Source: Bdellovibrionales bacterium
GTDB lineage: Bacteria; Bdellovibrionota; Bdellovibrionia; Bdellovibrionales; UBA1609
NCBI GenBank assembly: GCA_965219095.1
Contig: CBDCMT010000001.1
Location: 2,016,001 to 2,080,000, forward strand
Direction: 5' to 3'
Length of the DNA: 64,000 bases
A model generated the notes under the pieces. It was given only the letters and a program-made list of their open reading frames with translations. It had not been told where the DNA came from and searched no databases. Shown here piece by piece: positions 53,632 through 64,000 of the stretch (position 1 is the stretch's first letter; every line of letters starts with the position of its first letter). A program made the position numbers and the translations under genes.

Positions 53632-55406
53632 TTATGTTTTTATATGACCTTTTTTTATATGAGATGATCTCAGACCAAGCCTTTCAAAAACTTGGCCTTG
53701 GATTTCATTTTGCTTTATTTTTCCAAGAGGTCCTCTAGGAAGAGAAGGAAAAAACTCCACAACTATAGAAAATTGTATTTTCAATTTGGATTTCAAACTT
53801 TTTACAATGGTTTTCTTGAAAGACGGGTCAGAATTTTTCACTGATAAAGCACAGGCAATTCTTTCTGAAAAAAACGCATCTTTAATTTTAAAAACATAAG
53901 CTTCTTTAACCTCCGGGTTTTGTAATAAAAAAGACTCAAGATCTTGTGGTGAAATGGTAATTCCAAAAATCTTTATAATGTTTTTCTTCCTTCCCAGAAA
54001 GTACAAAAAACCTTCTCGATCCTTTTTCATAAGATCTCCTGTTAAAAACCATTTCTTCCCTTCTTGAAAGACAAAGTCTATTGGCTTTTCCCAGTAGCCT
54101 TCAATCACCGTAGAGCCTGAATACATTAGTTCTCCTTCCGTATCATAGGAAAGCTCCTGTAAGTTTTCATCGACAATCTTTCCTTCCCCTATTAAGAGTT
54201 TTCCTATACTTTGATAGTTTTTTTCTTTTGCTTGCTTGGCTGTAGAACCACTCACAACTGTCCCTATCTCTGTCATTCCATAAAGGTTCAGTATGGTTTT
54301 CTTACTTTTTTCTTCAAAAATCTTCCATACTTCAGGATTCAGGTAATCTCCTGTAGAAAAAATAGATTTGAAATAAGGAATATCTTGAAATGATTTAACA
54401 AGAGCTTCCTCGTATTTTAAAAAAAACTAATTGTTACAGGATTAAGTAAGGCCACTGTTGTTTTCTTCTCTTTAAAAATAGATATAAGATTCTGAAGGCA
54501 TTTATTGATTCGTAATGAGAAGGCTTTTTGTTGGTCAGAAATAAGACTTGCGAAACTAAAAAACGTAAGCAAAATTCCTGTTAAGCAACCATCTATATGA
54601 AGAGGATCGTCTGCATTATAAAGACGAGTTGTTTCATCAAAATTCAGAGTTTTTTTTAATAAATCCATTTGAATAAGAATATTTTTTCTATTCATAGGGG
54701 CCAGTTTTGATGGCCCTGTCGTCCCTGAAGACATAAGCACCCATAAGGGGTTATTTTCTAAAGCAGAATCACTTAAGTTATTGAAATGAAAAGATCGATC
54801 GTTTTTTTTCTTAAAGGACATTCTGGAAAAACATGTAAGATTATTTTTGAGATGCTTTTTAGATTGAAAAAGAGACTTCAACATATCAAAACAATTTTTC
54901 TCATGAAAAGTTGTTTCATCCAACAAATAAAAAAACTGAGGTCTTTCTTTCATTTTACAAAAAATAGATTTATCTATAAAAACAACTAAGTCTTTAAGAA
55001 GAGGGTGTTCTGTAATATTTTCTACAAGCATAGGAGGAACAAGAATAGGGCAAACCCCCTCCCTAATACAGGATAAAATCAAAACACTTGATTCTCTATA
55101 GGAATTTGAACATATGATCACTTTACTTTGAGCTTGAATCTTAGTTTTTTTGAAAAACCGATTAAGGATTTTAAGACATTCAAAGGTTTTCTTATACGTA
55201 AGAGGAGGTGATGGAGAAGAGTCAACAAAAACTTTGTTTTGATAGAGGCATTTTTTTTCTATAACTTCAAAAAGCTCAACCCAATCCTTCATGCCCTTTT
55301 CCTCTACCTTCATACCCTCTCCTTCTTGGTCTTTGTATTCTTTGATGATTTTAACAAAATCCTCTAGTTTTTCAACACTCACAATCTTTCTTATACTTAA
55401 AGTCAA
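53632..55406 (-). pseudogene. AMP-dependent acyl-CoA synthetase/ligase, frameshifted
   Basis: SSGTTGPSK, YGMTE, TGDL, GRKK, LPRGPLGKI; frame breaks near 54420 and 54290. Confidence 0.85.
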
Positions 55407-55441
55407 CTCTAGGGGGTGAGAGTCAATTGATTTAATATGGT

Positions 55442-55880
55442 AACCTTAGTTCAAGAAAGGGAGTGAAGGATAGCTAAGAAGATATGAATTAACAACTAAA
55501 ACATGGAAGAAGATAGAGTTTTTACTTCCTGGTCGGAAAAAGACAGTAGGAGTTAGAAGCAAAAAACAACCGACAATTTGTTAACTTAAGTCCTATAGAT
55601 TTTGAGGACTGGAGCCTCTTGGAGGTTTCTTCAGGAACGTTATGGACACTGGAAGAACATCCACCCTCGTTTCACTCGTTGGGAGAAATCTGGAATTTTT
55701 AAAGAAGATTTTTTCTCATCTTATAAAAGATTCTAAAAATGAATATCTTTCTATTGATAGCACTATAGTACGAGCTCATCAGCATTCTTCTGGTGCAAAA
55801 AAGAAGCAAAAAAAAAGAAGACTTTGGGATACTCCAGAGGAGGTTTAAGTACAAAAATTCATTTTGTAAGTGATAGCTTA
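55442..55880 (+). pseudogene. IS5-family (IS427-like) transposase fragment
   Basis: ILRTGASWR, RYGHWK, SIDSTIVRAHQHSSGA, SRGGLSTKIH across frames. Confidence 0.8.
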
Positions 55881-56311
55881 GTCGAACGTGAAAAATTGCC
55901 AAAAATCTAGGTTAGTCGAATGTAAAAAAGTGTTTTTATGATTTTTTTAGATATCATTCGAGGAAAGTTTTTTTAATCCCTAAGAAAATCATGAACTTTG
56001 AGCCTGTAAATCATCTATAAAAAAGAAAAAATACTTCTCCATTTACAAAAAATATAAAAAATTTTTTTTGCATACGGTCACGAATATTCTAATTATCTAA
56101 GAGAAAACTTCCTGCATTTCCTTTCCATTTTTAATGACTCTTCCTTTACACATTGTAAAACAAACATATTCTTATTATGCGTCTATCTGAACCTTTTTTA
56201 GTTTTAAATCATGAATTCCAAAGATTTAAAACCTTAGATTATAGTAAATTTCAGGAATAGAGGATGTGCTATTCGTCGAAATGAATTTTTTATAAATATC
56301 ACTCTAATTAA

Positions 56312-58694
56312 CCTAAATTCGGGGTTAAAAATATACACTACAGTTGTCATTTTACAAGGTGTTTATCCACGGCTTTGAGTATTTTTTCTTGAGATTTACT
56401 CAATGTGACTATTTTAGAGAACATATGGCGTTTTTTCTTGTCCTCCATATAAACTTTGTACACACTTCCCAATTCTTTTAGTGCTTCTTCAGGAGATATC
56501 TTAAGATTGTTTAAACTTAACTTTAGAACGGACAGCAAAAGATAGGATAAATAACATATAAAAACATGAGCGATAACTCGGTTATACAACCAATGTCGAA
56601 TCGGACGCAGATGAGTGATTCCTTTTAAAGTCTTAAATGCTTTTTCTATAATATCTTTGTCAAAATATAATTTTAACATGTCTCTGTCAGGGATATTTTT
56701 TGTAGAAAATAAACAAAAATAGCCGTCAAATTCTTCTGCCTTTTCTAATTCTTGTTTTCTAATTCTTCCTTGAGACGTCAAGTATTTTTCTAAGCCCGTC
56801 TTTATAGGCTTTCCTTGAAGAATTTGGTTTTGAGCATGTTCTATCTCATGGTGACGGGATTCTTTTATCTCTACTTTTCTGCGCTCATTGAAACAAATAG
56901 CCAACTTCCCTTTTATCTTACCTAGCTTATAAGGAAAGCTCTTGATATAAAAAGTGTTTTTACCAAGCCTTGCCATGTTAGAAACATGACTTATAGGTTT
57001 TGTCTTTAGGGCTTTTCTAAGCACTTTTTTTTCTCGATCTTTTAAAGGAAGACCACATAAGCTATTCCACCCCAAGCCTTTTATCCCCTCTATATTCTGT
57101 CGAGATGTTACCCCTCTGTCTGATACAAAAACACCTGAGCGAAGATTATAGCTAGAAAAACTTTTAATAAGAGAAAATAGAGCCTTACTGTCATGTATGT
57201 TTCCATTGAAGGTTTTATGAAAAACGGGGATGCCTTCCTTTTGAGTTGTTGCAAGGCCTATTTGAATAAGAGGCTTTGATTTCCCATCCTTGCTTTTTCC
57301 AAGCTTAGCAAGCTGGCATTTTGTCCCATACAAATAAGTATTGGTCACATCATAAACGATTCCCTTTGTGGACAGATCATATAGTGTTTCCGTTTAGGTT
57401 TTCAGGTTCCTAAGATGGAGAAGTTATCAGTTATCAAAGTTTCTAATTTAGGCCTGTGTTTTCGTATTCCTCTAAAAAATTGACTTAAACTTCCCTTGAA
57501 ATCGTCATAGTTTTCATAATATCGATTCGCTGTGACCTCTTTTTTCATAAACTTCCAAAGTCTTTCTATAGGATTTAAATTCGGTGAGTACGGAGGAAGA
57601 TAAACAAGTTTTATATTCAACTCTTTCGCTAACTTCTTGACAGACTTCGATCTATTGTATCCGGCCCCATCTAAGATAAGATGAATCTCTTTTTCATCGG
57701 AATACTTCTTAATGAATATGATAGAGCATATCACATAGAAAAACTTCGTTAACTGTCTTATAACTCCTGACTACCGTCTTCAAACTATTGATCTCAATAG
57801 CTCCACAAACATTCACTCTTTTTCTCCAGCCTGAATTGGTCTTCACTTCAAACTTCTTACCCTCTCTTATCCAACCATATGAAATCGTAGGGCCCCACTC
57901 AGGATGTGTGGAATCAGCAAAGTAAACAGGACCGTCTTTCTTCTTAATTCTCTTGTATTTACGCACAAACTTTTCCTGCTCTTCTTTCTTTGCCTTACCC
58001 GGTATCGCTGTGGCTTTTTTATAAGAAAAACCAAGGCGATGGAGAAGATCAATCACACCACTTGTTGAGTACGTAACACTAAAATTCTCCTCAATGAATT
58101 GGATGACAGACTGTGATGATGGAAAAATTCTTTTCTCTAATTCCTTTAAAAGCATTTTCTCCTCTTTCTTAGTTAAAAAGGACCTTTTAGGGTTGTAATT
58201 GTCGTTGATTAAGCACTCTATCCCGCCTTTGTTATAACGATCTCTACAGGCTCTTATCGTGCCCTCATCAATGAAAAGAAAACGGGAAATATCTTTACAC
58301 AACTCACCTTTATCTAAATGGAGAATTGTCATAATCCTTTTTACGTATTTAAGATTTTTCTCTAGAGATAGTTCATAGAGTAAATCTTTTCGCTCTTTTT
58401 TTGATAGAAACCCTGACATATGAAACTATTTTTTAAAATAAATGACTTTTTATCAAGGCCTTAGAATAAAAACTAGACCTCAACTCAAAAAAAACGGAAA
58501 ACCTAAGCGGAAGCACTATATATATTTTTTACGGTATTAAAAATATCTCTTTAAAGATGTCGCTCTATTCTTTCTTCAGTTAAAGAGTTTAAAGCTGACA
58601 ATAGACGTTCTTCTGTTAAACCTTCTAAATCCAAAATAGTATTTAAGTCCGTTCTGGAAAACCAGTCTGGCATATTATTAACGCTTTGGTAATT
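56312..58694 (-). mobile_element. IS1634-like element, 5' truncated and interrupted by IS630
   Basis: Right IR at 56312; YDVTNTY, GKSKDG, VSDRG, IEKAFKTLK, LRPIRH, AHVFICYL; upstream part at 58519-58694. Confidence 0.88.
57382..58518 (-). mobile_element. IS630-family element (ORFs 57709-58419 and 57402-57734)
   Basis: Sister of 49534-50669; same IRs, inserted in a TA run. Confidence 0.92.
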
Positions 58695-58696
58695 TA

Positions 58697-59788
58697 CCTA
58701 AACTCGTGACTAAAAATGTACACTACAAAGCTATAATTTCCTATTTTCCATAAAAATCTCAGTTTTCATAGGGGAATTTTCAATTTTTAGATAAAATCAC
58801 AAAAAATAACTTGCCTTGCATTTTCCTTTATAGTGTAATATATTACACTATAGGAGGGAGAAATATGAGCTTTATCAGAAGAATAAAAAGAGGAAAGGTA
58901 ACATATCTTGCAGAAGTAGAGAACAAAAGGGTCGATGGAAAAGTTATCCAAAAGCATATTCGGTACATCGGGAAGGAAGAGAATGGTGAAACTGTAATTT
59001 CAATGAGTTCATCTGATCTTGAAATAAAAAAGGTCAAGGTTTATGGTCCTTTGCTTGTTTTAGATAAAATAGCTAGAGAAATAGATTTGCAAAAATCTCT
59101 TGGCCAATACTCCAATGAAATATTAAGCATGGTCTATGCTCACTGTTTAGATTACAAAAGCCTTAGAAAAATGCCAAAATGGTATGAGAGAACAGATTTA
59201 AACACTTTGCTAAATTTAGAGGATCTAACCGAAAGTCGTTTGCTTTCTGCTCTAGATTCTTTAGAGAGTGATCCAGAAAATTTACAGAAGAAAATATTTC
59301 AAGGTGTTCAGAAAAGGTACAATCTTGAGCTAAAAGGGTTGGTGTACGATGTTACCAATACATACCTTTATGGTAGCAAATGTCAGCTTGGAAAATTAGG
59401 AAAGAGTAAGGATGGGAAACGTGGAAATCCTTTGATTCAAATTGGTTTGGTGACAACTCAAAAAGAAGGAATACCAGTGTTTCATAAAACTTTTAGTGGA
59501 AACATACACGATAGCAGGACTCTACTAAGTTTATCCGATGGATTTGCAAACTATGGACTAATAAGAGAATCTCGTTTGGACGAAATTGCAAACGCACAAA
59601 TTCTTTTGTCTAAAAATATAAAACCAGGTTTGGAAAAATACCTTACTCCAACAGGAAGATTAAGGAGAGATCGGTTGAATTTAGAATCTGAGTTTGATGG
59701 TTACTCTTGTATATTTTCTACAAAAAAGATCTCTGCAAAAGATATTGTTAATTTGTACTATAAGAAAGAGGTAATCGAAAAATTTTTT
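58697..59788 (+). pseudogene. IS1634-like left end and internally deleted transposase (ATG 58865), cut by ISL3
   Basis: Left IR CCTAAACTCG..TACACTACA; MSFIRRIK, YDVTNTY, FDGYSC; lacks the DRG segment present in ORF 56347. Confidence 0.85.
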
Positions 59789-61306
59789 GGCTCCTCCCGG
59801 GAATCTGTGGGTGAAAAGTAGTAGAAATCCCCCAAAAAGGCTCATATTAATCAAAGCAAGAGTAAGACATCCTATCTTGTATTTTTGAGTTCTTTGAGGC
59901 CCTTACTGGCCTCTATCACCTCCGGTGATTGAACTCAAAAACATTCATTTTATTTGCTTTTATTTGCTGTGTTACATTAAAATTTTAAAAAAGAAGCACC
60001 TACTTCCCAGATGCCTTAAAATGTTATTCAAAAAAAAAAAAGGAGGGAAGAGATGCTTTTGAAGACTATACTAAATGATTGTTTAAGATGGAAGTCTTTT
60101 GTATACGGAGACATTTATTTTTCAAAAGATAGAAAGTCAATTAATGTTCCTATTAAGGCTCGTAAAAATGGCCAAGCTTTTTGTAGTGTTTGTAAGAAGC
60201 CCTGTTCAGTGTATGACAGCAGTAAATCATCACGGGACTTTGAATCCCTTCCTATTTTAAGTTACAGGGTGTTTTTTGTTTATTTTGTAAGAAGAGTTAA
60301 TTGTTCTTGCTGTGGAGTAAAAGTTGAGTATTTACCTTGGGCCGATGGGAAGAAAAACCTAACAATTTTTTACATGAAGTACTTAGCTGACTGGTGTCGT
60401 CACCTGTCTTGGAAAGAGGTTTCTTGTAAGTTTCATGTCAGTTGGAATCAGGTCTATGCTTCGGTAGAATGGGTCGTAGAATATGGTTTAAAACAAAGGG
60501 TTTTAAAGGGAATACAAGCTATAGGTGTAGATGAAATACAATGGAAAAAGAACCATCAGTATCTCACCTTAGTCTATGAAATAAGCAAAGAAAGTGTTCG
60601 TTTGCTATGGATAGGAGAAAAAAGAACAGAGGAGAGTTTCAACAAGTTTTTTGATTTACTAGGAGAGAAGTCAAAAGATATACAGTTTGTGTGTTCTGAT
60701 ATGTGGAAGCCCTATTTAAAAGTAATAAAGGAAAGGGCAAGTCAAGCTTTGAATATATTAGATCGGTTTCATATCGTAGCAAGACTCAATAAGGCTTTAG
60801 ACGAAGTGAGAGCTTCAGAACACAAAAAAATGAAAGAAGATGGGTATGAACCCCTTTTAACAAAAGCTAGATGGCCCTTGTTAAAAAATGCAGAAAATTT
60901 AAAATCTTATGAAAAAGTAAAATTAAGGCATTTAATACAGTACAATTTAAAAAGTATCCGCTGTTATTTTTTAAAAGAAGACTTCCGACAGTTATGGACC
61001 TATGTTTCACCAACTTGGTCTGGTAAATTTATAGACAGTTGGACGAGACGAGTCATGCTTTCAAAAATTGAACCTATGAAAAGAGAAGCAAAAACCATAC
61101 GAAGACATAAGCTACTTATTCTTAATTACTTCAAGGCTAAAAAAACCTTCTCCTCAGGGATTGTAGAGGGTTTAAACAACAAAGTAAAACTCACTATGAG
61201 AAAATCTTACGGCTTTAGAACCTCTAAAGCTATAAAAATCGCCTTATATCATAACCTTGGAAAACTGCCAGAACCTCCGGGAACCCACAGATTCTTTTGA
61301 GGAGGC
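59789..61306 (+). mobile_element. ISL3 copy 5 (transposase 60053-61300)
   Basis: Near-identical to copies 3 and 4; no target duplication. Confidence 0.96.
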
Positions 61307-61564
61307 ATTTATAAATAAAGTCTTGAAATCCTATTTTACATCTTTTTTTTGCTTTTTCCTTTTTTTCGAGTAAGCCTTCACAAAAATACAGGCTTAATCG
61401 AAAAAAAGGGAAAACACCCTTTGAGGCCTTAAAAACCAGGCCAGATAAAGGGTTTAGAATTTGTCTCGGGAAGCTCACTCCTTCTGCAAGTACTTTAGGG
61501 TCACTATCATGGCTTAAACCAGTGACCTGTCTTTTTGATTTACCGTCGACAAAAGATTTAGTTA

Positions 61565-61625
61565 TACCAATTACAAAATTTCAATGACTTAGAAAAAAAT
61601 GTCGAATTAATTTTTGTAATTGGTA
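61565..61625. mobile_element. 61-bp MITE derived from the 21269-type IS630
   Basis: TACCAATTACAAAA...TTTTGTAATTGGTA with TTA on both flanks. Confidence 0.8.
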
Positions 61626-61800
61626 TTATTTTAGCCTTTTAGAATTAAACCCCTCCATAAGGAAGGTATCATGTCCAAAGATTGCAATAGAGAGCATAAA
61701 ATTTTTCATGTTAATCTCATCATAACCTTTAAAGTTAGGGCGAGCTATTCAAACAAAAAAAGAGCGGAAGGTCTTTGAGCTTTCTTAATCTTTAGAACAC

Positions 61801-62547
61801 TTAAGAACCTTGAAATCCTATTTTTTTAAAGTAACCTGCCGATCCTGAAACAGAAAAAGGGAAAGCCAGTAAAGGGCCTAAAACAGGCAGAAGATTGGCC
61901 AAACAAAGAAAAAAGCCTAAACCTAAAAAAAAGGGAAAATATTGTTTTAAAAAGGACAGCCTTTGAAAAAAGTTTTTTCCTAAAACTTCAAATGAATAAT
62001 CCATAGAATCATAGGCTAAAACAAAGAAAGGCCAAAAAAGAAGAGGCCAACTGAGAAAAGAGAAAAAGAATGAAAAAAATAAAATAAAAAGAAAAAAAAC
62101 AGAAAAAATAAAAATTTTTATGAGAGAAGCCCATGTCATTTTCAAAACAAGAAGGAGAGATTGCATAAGGGAAAACTTTTGGTTGATGAAGCCTTCTTTC
62201 CTTAAAGTATTTTCAGCCAGAAGAGAATAAAAGGGAGATGCTACTAAAGTGTGTAAAGAATAAAAACTATAAAAAAACAGAAAAAATAAAACAAAAAATA
62301 AAGTCAGTTTAACAAAAGGAAAGATCCAATATGAAAAAAAAGAAAGAGTAGAAAAAGAAAGAATAGGAAAAGAAAGAATAGGAAGAGAAAGAATCCAAAA
62401 ACCAAGAAACACAATAAGAAGTAAAATTACAAAATCTAATAGAAAAGGAAGAAGAAACCAACTCCATAAACTTTTATGCCTCTTAAAAACCTTAAAGCCC
62501 CTATAAGTTGTAAAAAACCCATCTAAAAACCCTTCTTTGAAACTCAT
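61801..62547 (-). CDS. EI24/CysZ-like membrane protein
   Basis: ASPFYSLLAE, DSMDYSF, LLPVLGPL, Phe-rich TM segments. Confidence 0.75.
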   Translation of the reverse strand: MSFKEGFLDGFFTTYRGFKVFKRHKSLWSWFLLPFLLDFVILLLIVFLGFWILSLPILSFPILSFSTLSFFSYWIFPFVKLTLFFVLFFLFFYSFYSLHTLVASPFYSLLAENTLRKEGFINQKFSLMQSLLLVLKMTWASLIKIFIFSVFFLFILFFSFFFSFLSWPLLFWPFFVLAYDSMDYSFEVLGKNFFQRLSFLKQYFPFFLGLGFFLCLANLLPVLGPLLAFPFSVSGSAGYFKKIGFQGS

Positions 62548-62679
62548 AATCTGTCTCCCTTATACTACATACAGTTAAAAAAATAGACACATGGACTTCC
62601 CCTGTTTCTGCGGACAGTCATTTTTTTCTTAAAGTCTCCGTGAAATAGGGGTAAAAGAAAGGTAGAGATCAAAGAGTCT

Positions 62680-63035
62680 CGTTATTCTGAGATAGAATAT
62701 GCTCAGAACCAAATTCTTTGAGCAAAGCCTATAAAGACCGGGTTAGAGAAATATTTAACTTCTCAAGGGAGAATTAGAAAACAAAAGTTAGAAAGAGCAG
62801 AAAAGTTTTACGGCTATTTTTGTTTGTTTTCTACAAAAAACATTTCTGGTAGAGAATGTTAAAACTCTATTTTGATAAGGATGTTATAGAAAGAGCCCTT
62901 AAGATTGATTTTAAAAAGAATCACTCATTTGCGTCCCATTCGTCATTGGTTATACGACAGAGTTATTGCACATGTTTTCATATGCTACTTATCATATCTT
63001 TTGTTATCTATTCTAAAGTTAAATTTAAAGGATCT
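62680..63035 (+). pseudogene. IS1634-like transposase C-terminal remnant
   Basis: Homologous to the reverse complement of about 56510-56865 (LEKYLTSQGRIRKQ, MLKLYFDKD); frameshifted. Confidence 0.78.
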
Positions 63036-63278
63036 TAATATAGATATTGATAGCACGGGAGGTTTTTGAAATTAAGTCTATTGATCTCATTGAAAAGTCT
63101 GTTTTCGATTCAAGCACAGAAAGAATAACCTTCATAATAGCAATTCCATTTAAAGGGCAGTGCCGATTGATTTAACACGATAACCTTAGCTCTTAAGAAA
63201 AAAGAAGCAAGTATCATAAATTTGAGACAAATTGAGAGTCTGTAAAAAAGTTTACAGGCTCATTTACTGGTCAAAACA

Positions 63279-64000
63279 CTAGAGAGCAGTTTTTAAGTCT
63301 TCTATAAGATCTTTTTTTGACTCAAGGCCTATACTTAAACGAATCAACTGGTCTGTGATTCCTAATTTTTTTCTATTTTCAGGAGGAAGGCTTGCATGGG
63401 TCATAAGGGCCGGGTGACAAGCTAAAGATTCTACTCCCCCAAGACTTTCAGCTAAGGAGAAGATTTTTAAATTTTCTAAGAAGGCTCTTACTTTTTTCAG
63501 ATTCCCCTTAAGGAAAAAAGTAATAATTCCCCCTGAACCTGTTGTTTGTCTTTGTGAGAGTTCGTACTGAGGATGAGAAGGAAGTCCTGGGTACAAGACT
63601 CTTTCTACTTGAGGATGGGCCTCTAAGAACTTGGCGATTTCGAGAGCATTTTCTTGATGTCGCTCCATACGTAAAGCAAGTGTCTTCAAACTTCTTAAAA
63701 CTAAGTAAGAATCAAAGGGAGAGGCAATAGCTCCTACAGTTTTTATAATATGAGCCATTCTTTCTTTTATCTTTAAGTCTTTGACGATAACAATTCCTCC
63801 TACAACATCACTATGTCCATTAAGATATTTTGTAGCTGAGTGAATTACAAAATCTGCTCCTAAAGAGAGGGGCTTTTGAAAGTAAGGACTGAGGAAAGTG
63901 TTATCAACAGCAACTAAAATGTTATTTTCATGAGCTATTTTACATAGAGTTTGAATGTCGGCAACTTTAAGTGTAGGATTTGTAGGAGTTTCAAGCCAAA
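63279..64000 (-). CDS. Cystathionine gamma-synthase/lyase family PLP enzyme (5' end lies outside the window)
   Basis: ETPTNP, VDNTF, HSATKYLNGHSDV, AESLGGVESL, RLSIGLE; frame is open to the window edge. Confidence 0.93.
   Translation of the reverse strand, partial: WLETPTNPTLKVADIQTLCKIAHENNILVAVDNTFLSPYFQKPLSLGADFVIHSATKYLNGHSDVVGGIVIVKDLKIKERMAHIIKTVGAIASPFDSYLVLRSLKTLALRMERHQENALEIAKFLEAHPQVERVLYPGLPSHPQYELSQRQTTGSGGIITFFLKGNLKKVRAFLENLKIFSLAESLGGVESLACHPALMTHASLPPENRKKLGITDQLIRLSIGLESKKDLIEDLKTAL

Noticed and set aside
61230..61720. Minus-strand ORF remnant interrupted by the 61-bp MITE
   Set aside because: No recognisable family, and it runs into ISL3; cannot support a product call.
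62337..62397. 15-bp tandem repeat in the CysZ-like gene (LSLPI/LSFPI/LSFST)
   Set aside because: Short in-frame slippage in a low-complexity TM region; no sign of function.
63237..63262. Palindrome GAGTCTGTAAA..TTTACAGGCTC and similar motifs near 22430, 35375, 53228 and 56000 as a regulatory site
   Set aside because: Better explained as leftover IS (IS256-like) termini.

Overview
AT-rich bacterial chromosomal segment. The gene repertoire suggests Bdellovibrionota or a related lineage (inference only), and it is undergoing heavy insertion-sequence proliferation: about ten IS families (IS110, IS3, IS481, IS982, IS5, IS66, IS630, ISL3, IS1634, IS256), five near-identical ISL3 copies, nested insertions and MITEs, together about a third or more of the window. 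Housekeeping blocks survive between the IS piles: rpoC-rpsL-rpsG followed directly by tRNA-Thr(GGT) with no fusA/tuf; tkt, add, a queuosine-precursor transporter, a cation/H+ antiporter and speA; tmk-holB-tatD-gap-pgk-tpiA with a divergent secG; arsS; a CysZ-like gene; and a cystathionine synthase/lyase at the right edge. The most interesting region is about 34.8-53.5 kb. Two inverted paralogous copies of a signal-peptide ankyrin gene, with a constant framework and hypervariable DARPin-type binding positions, each sit beside remnants of a TraD-type conjugative coupling gene. They bracket an iteron/oriT-like TGTTACA repeat cluster and an intact two-gene unit: a 1172-aa exported hypothetical protein and an S8 subtilase with no evident propeptide. 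Also notable are a three-way-junction structure in the ISL3 leader and an unannotated 53-aa secreted His-rich peptide. No CRISPR array, rRNA or prophage was seen. All calls come from reading motifs by eye; no searches were run.
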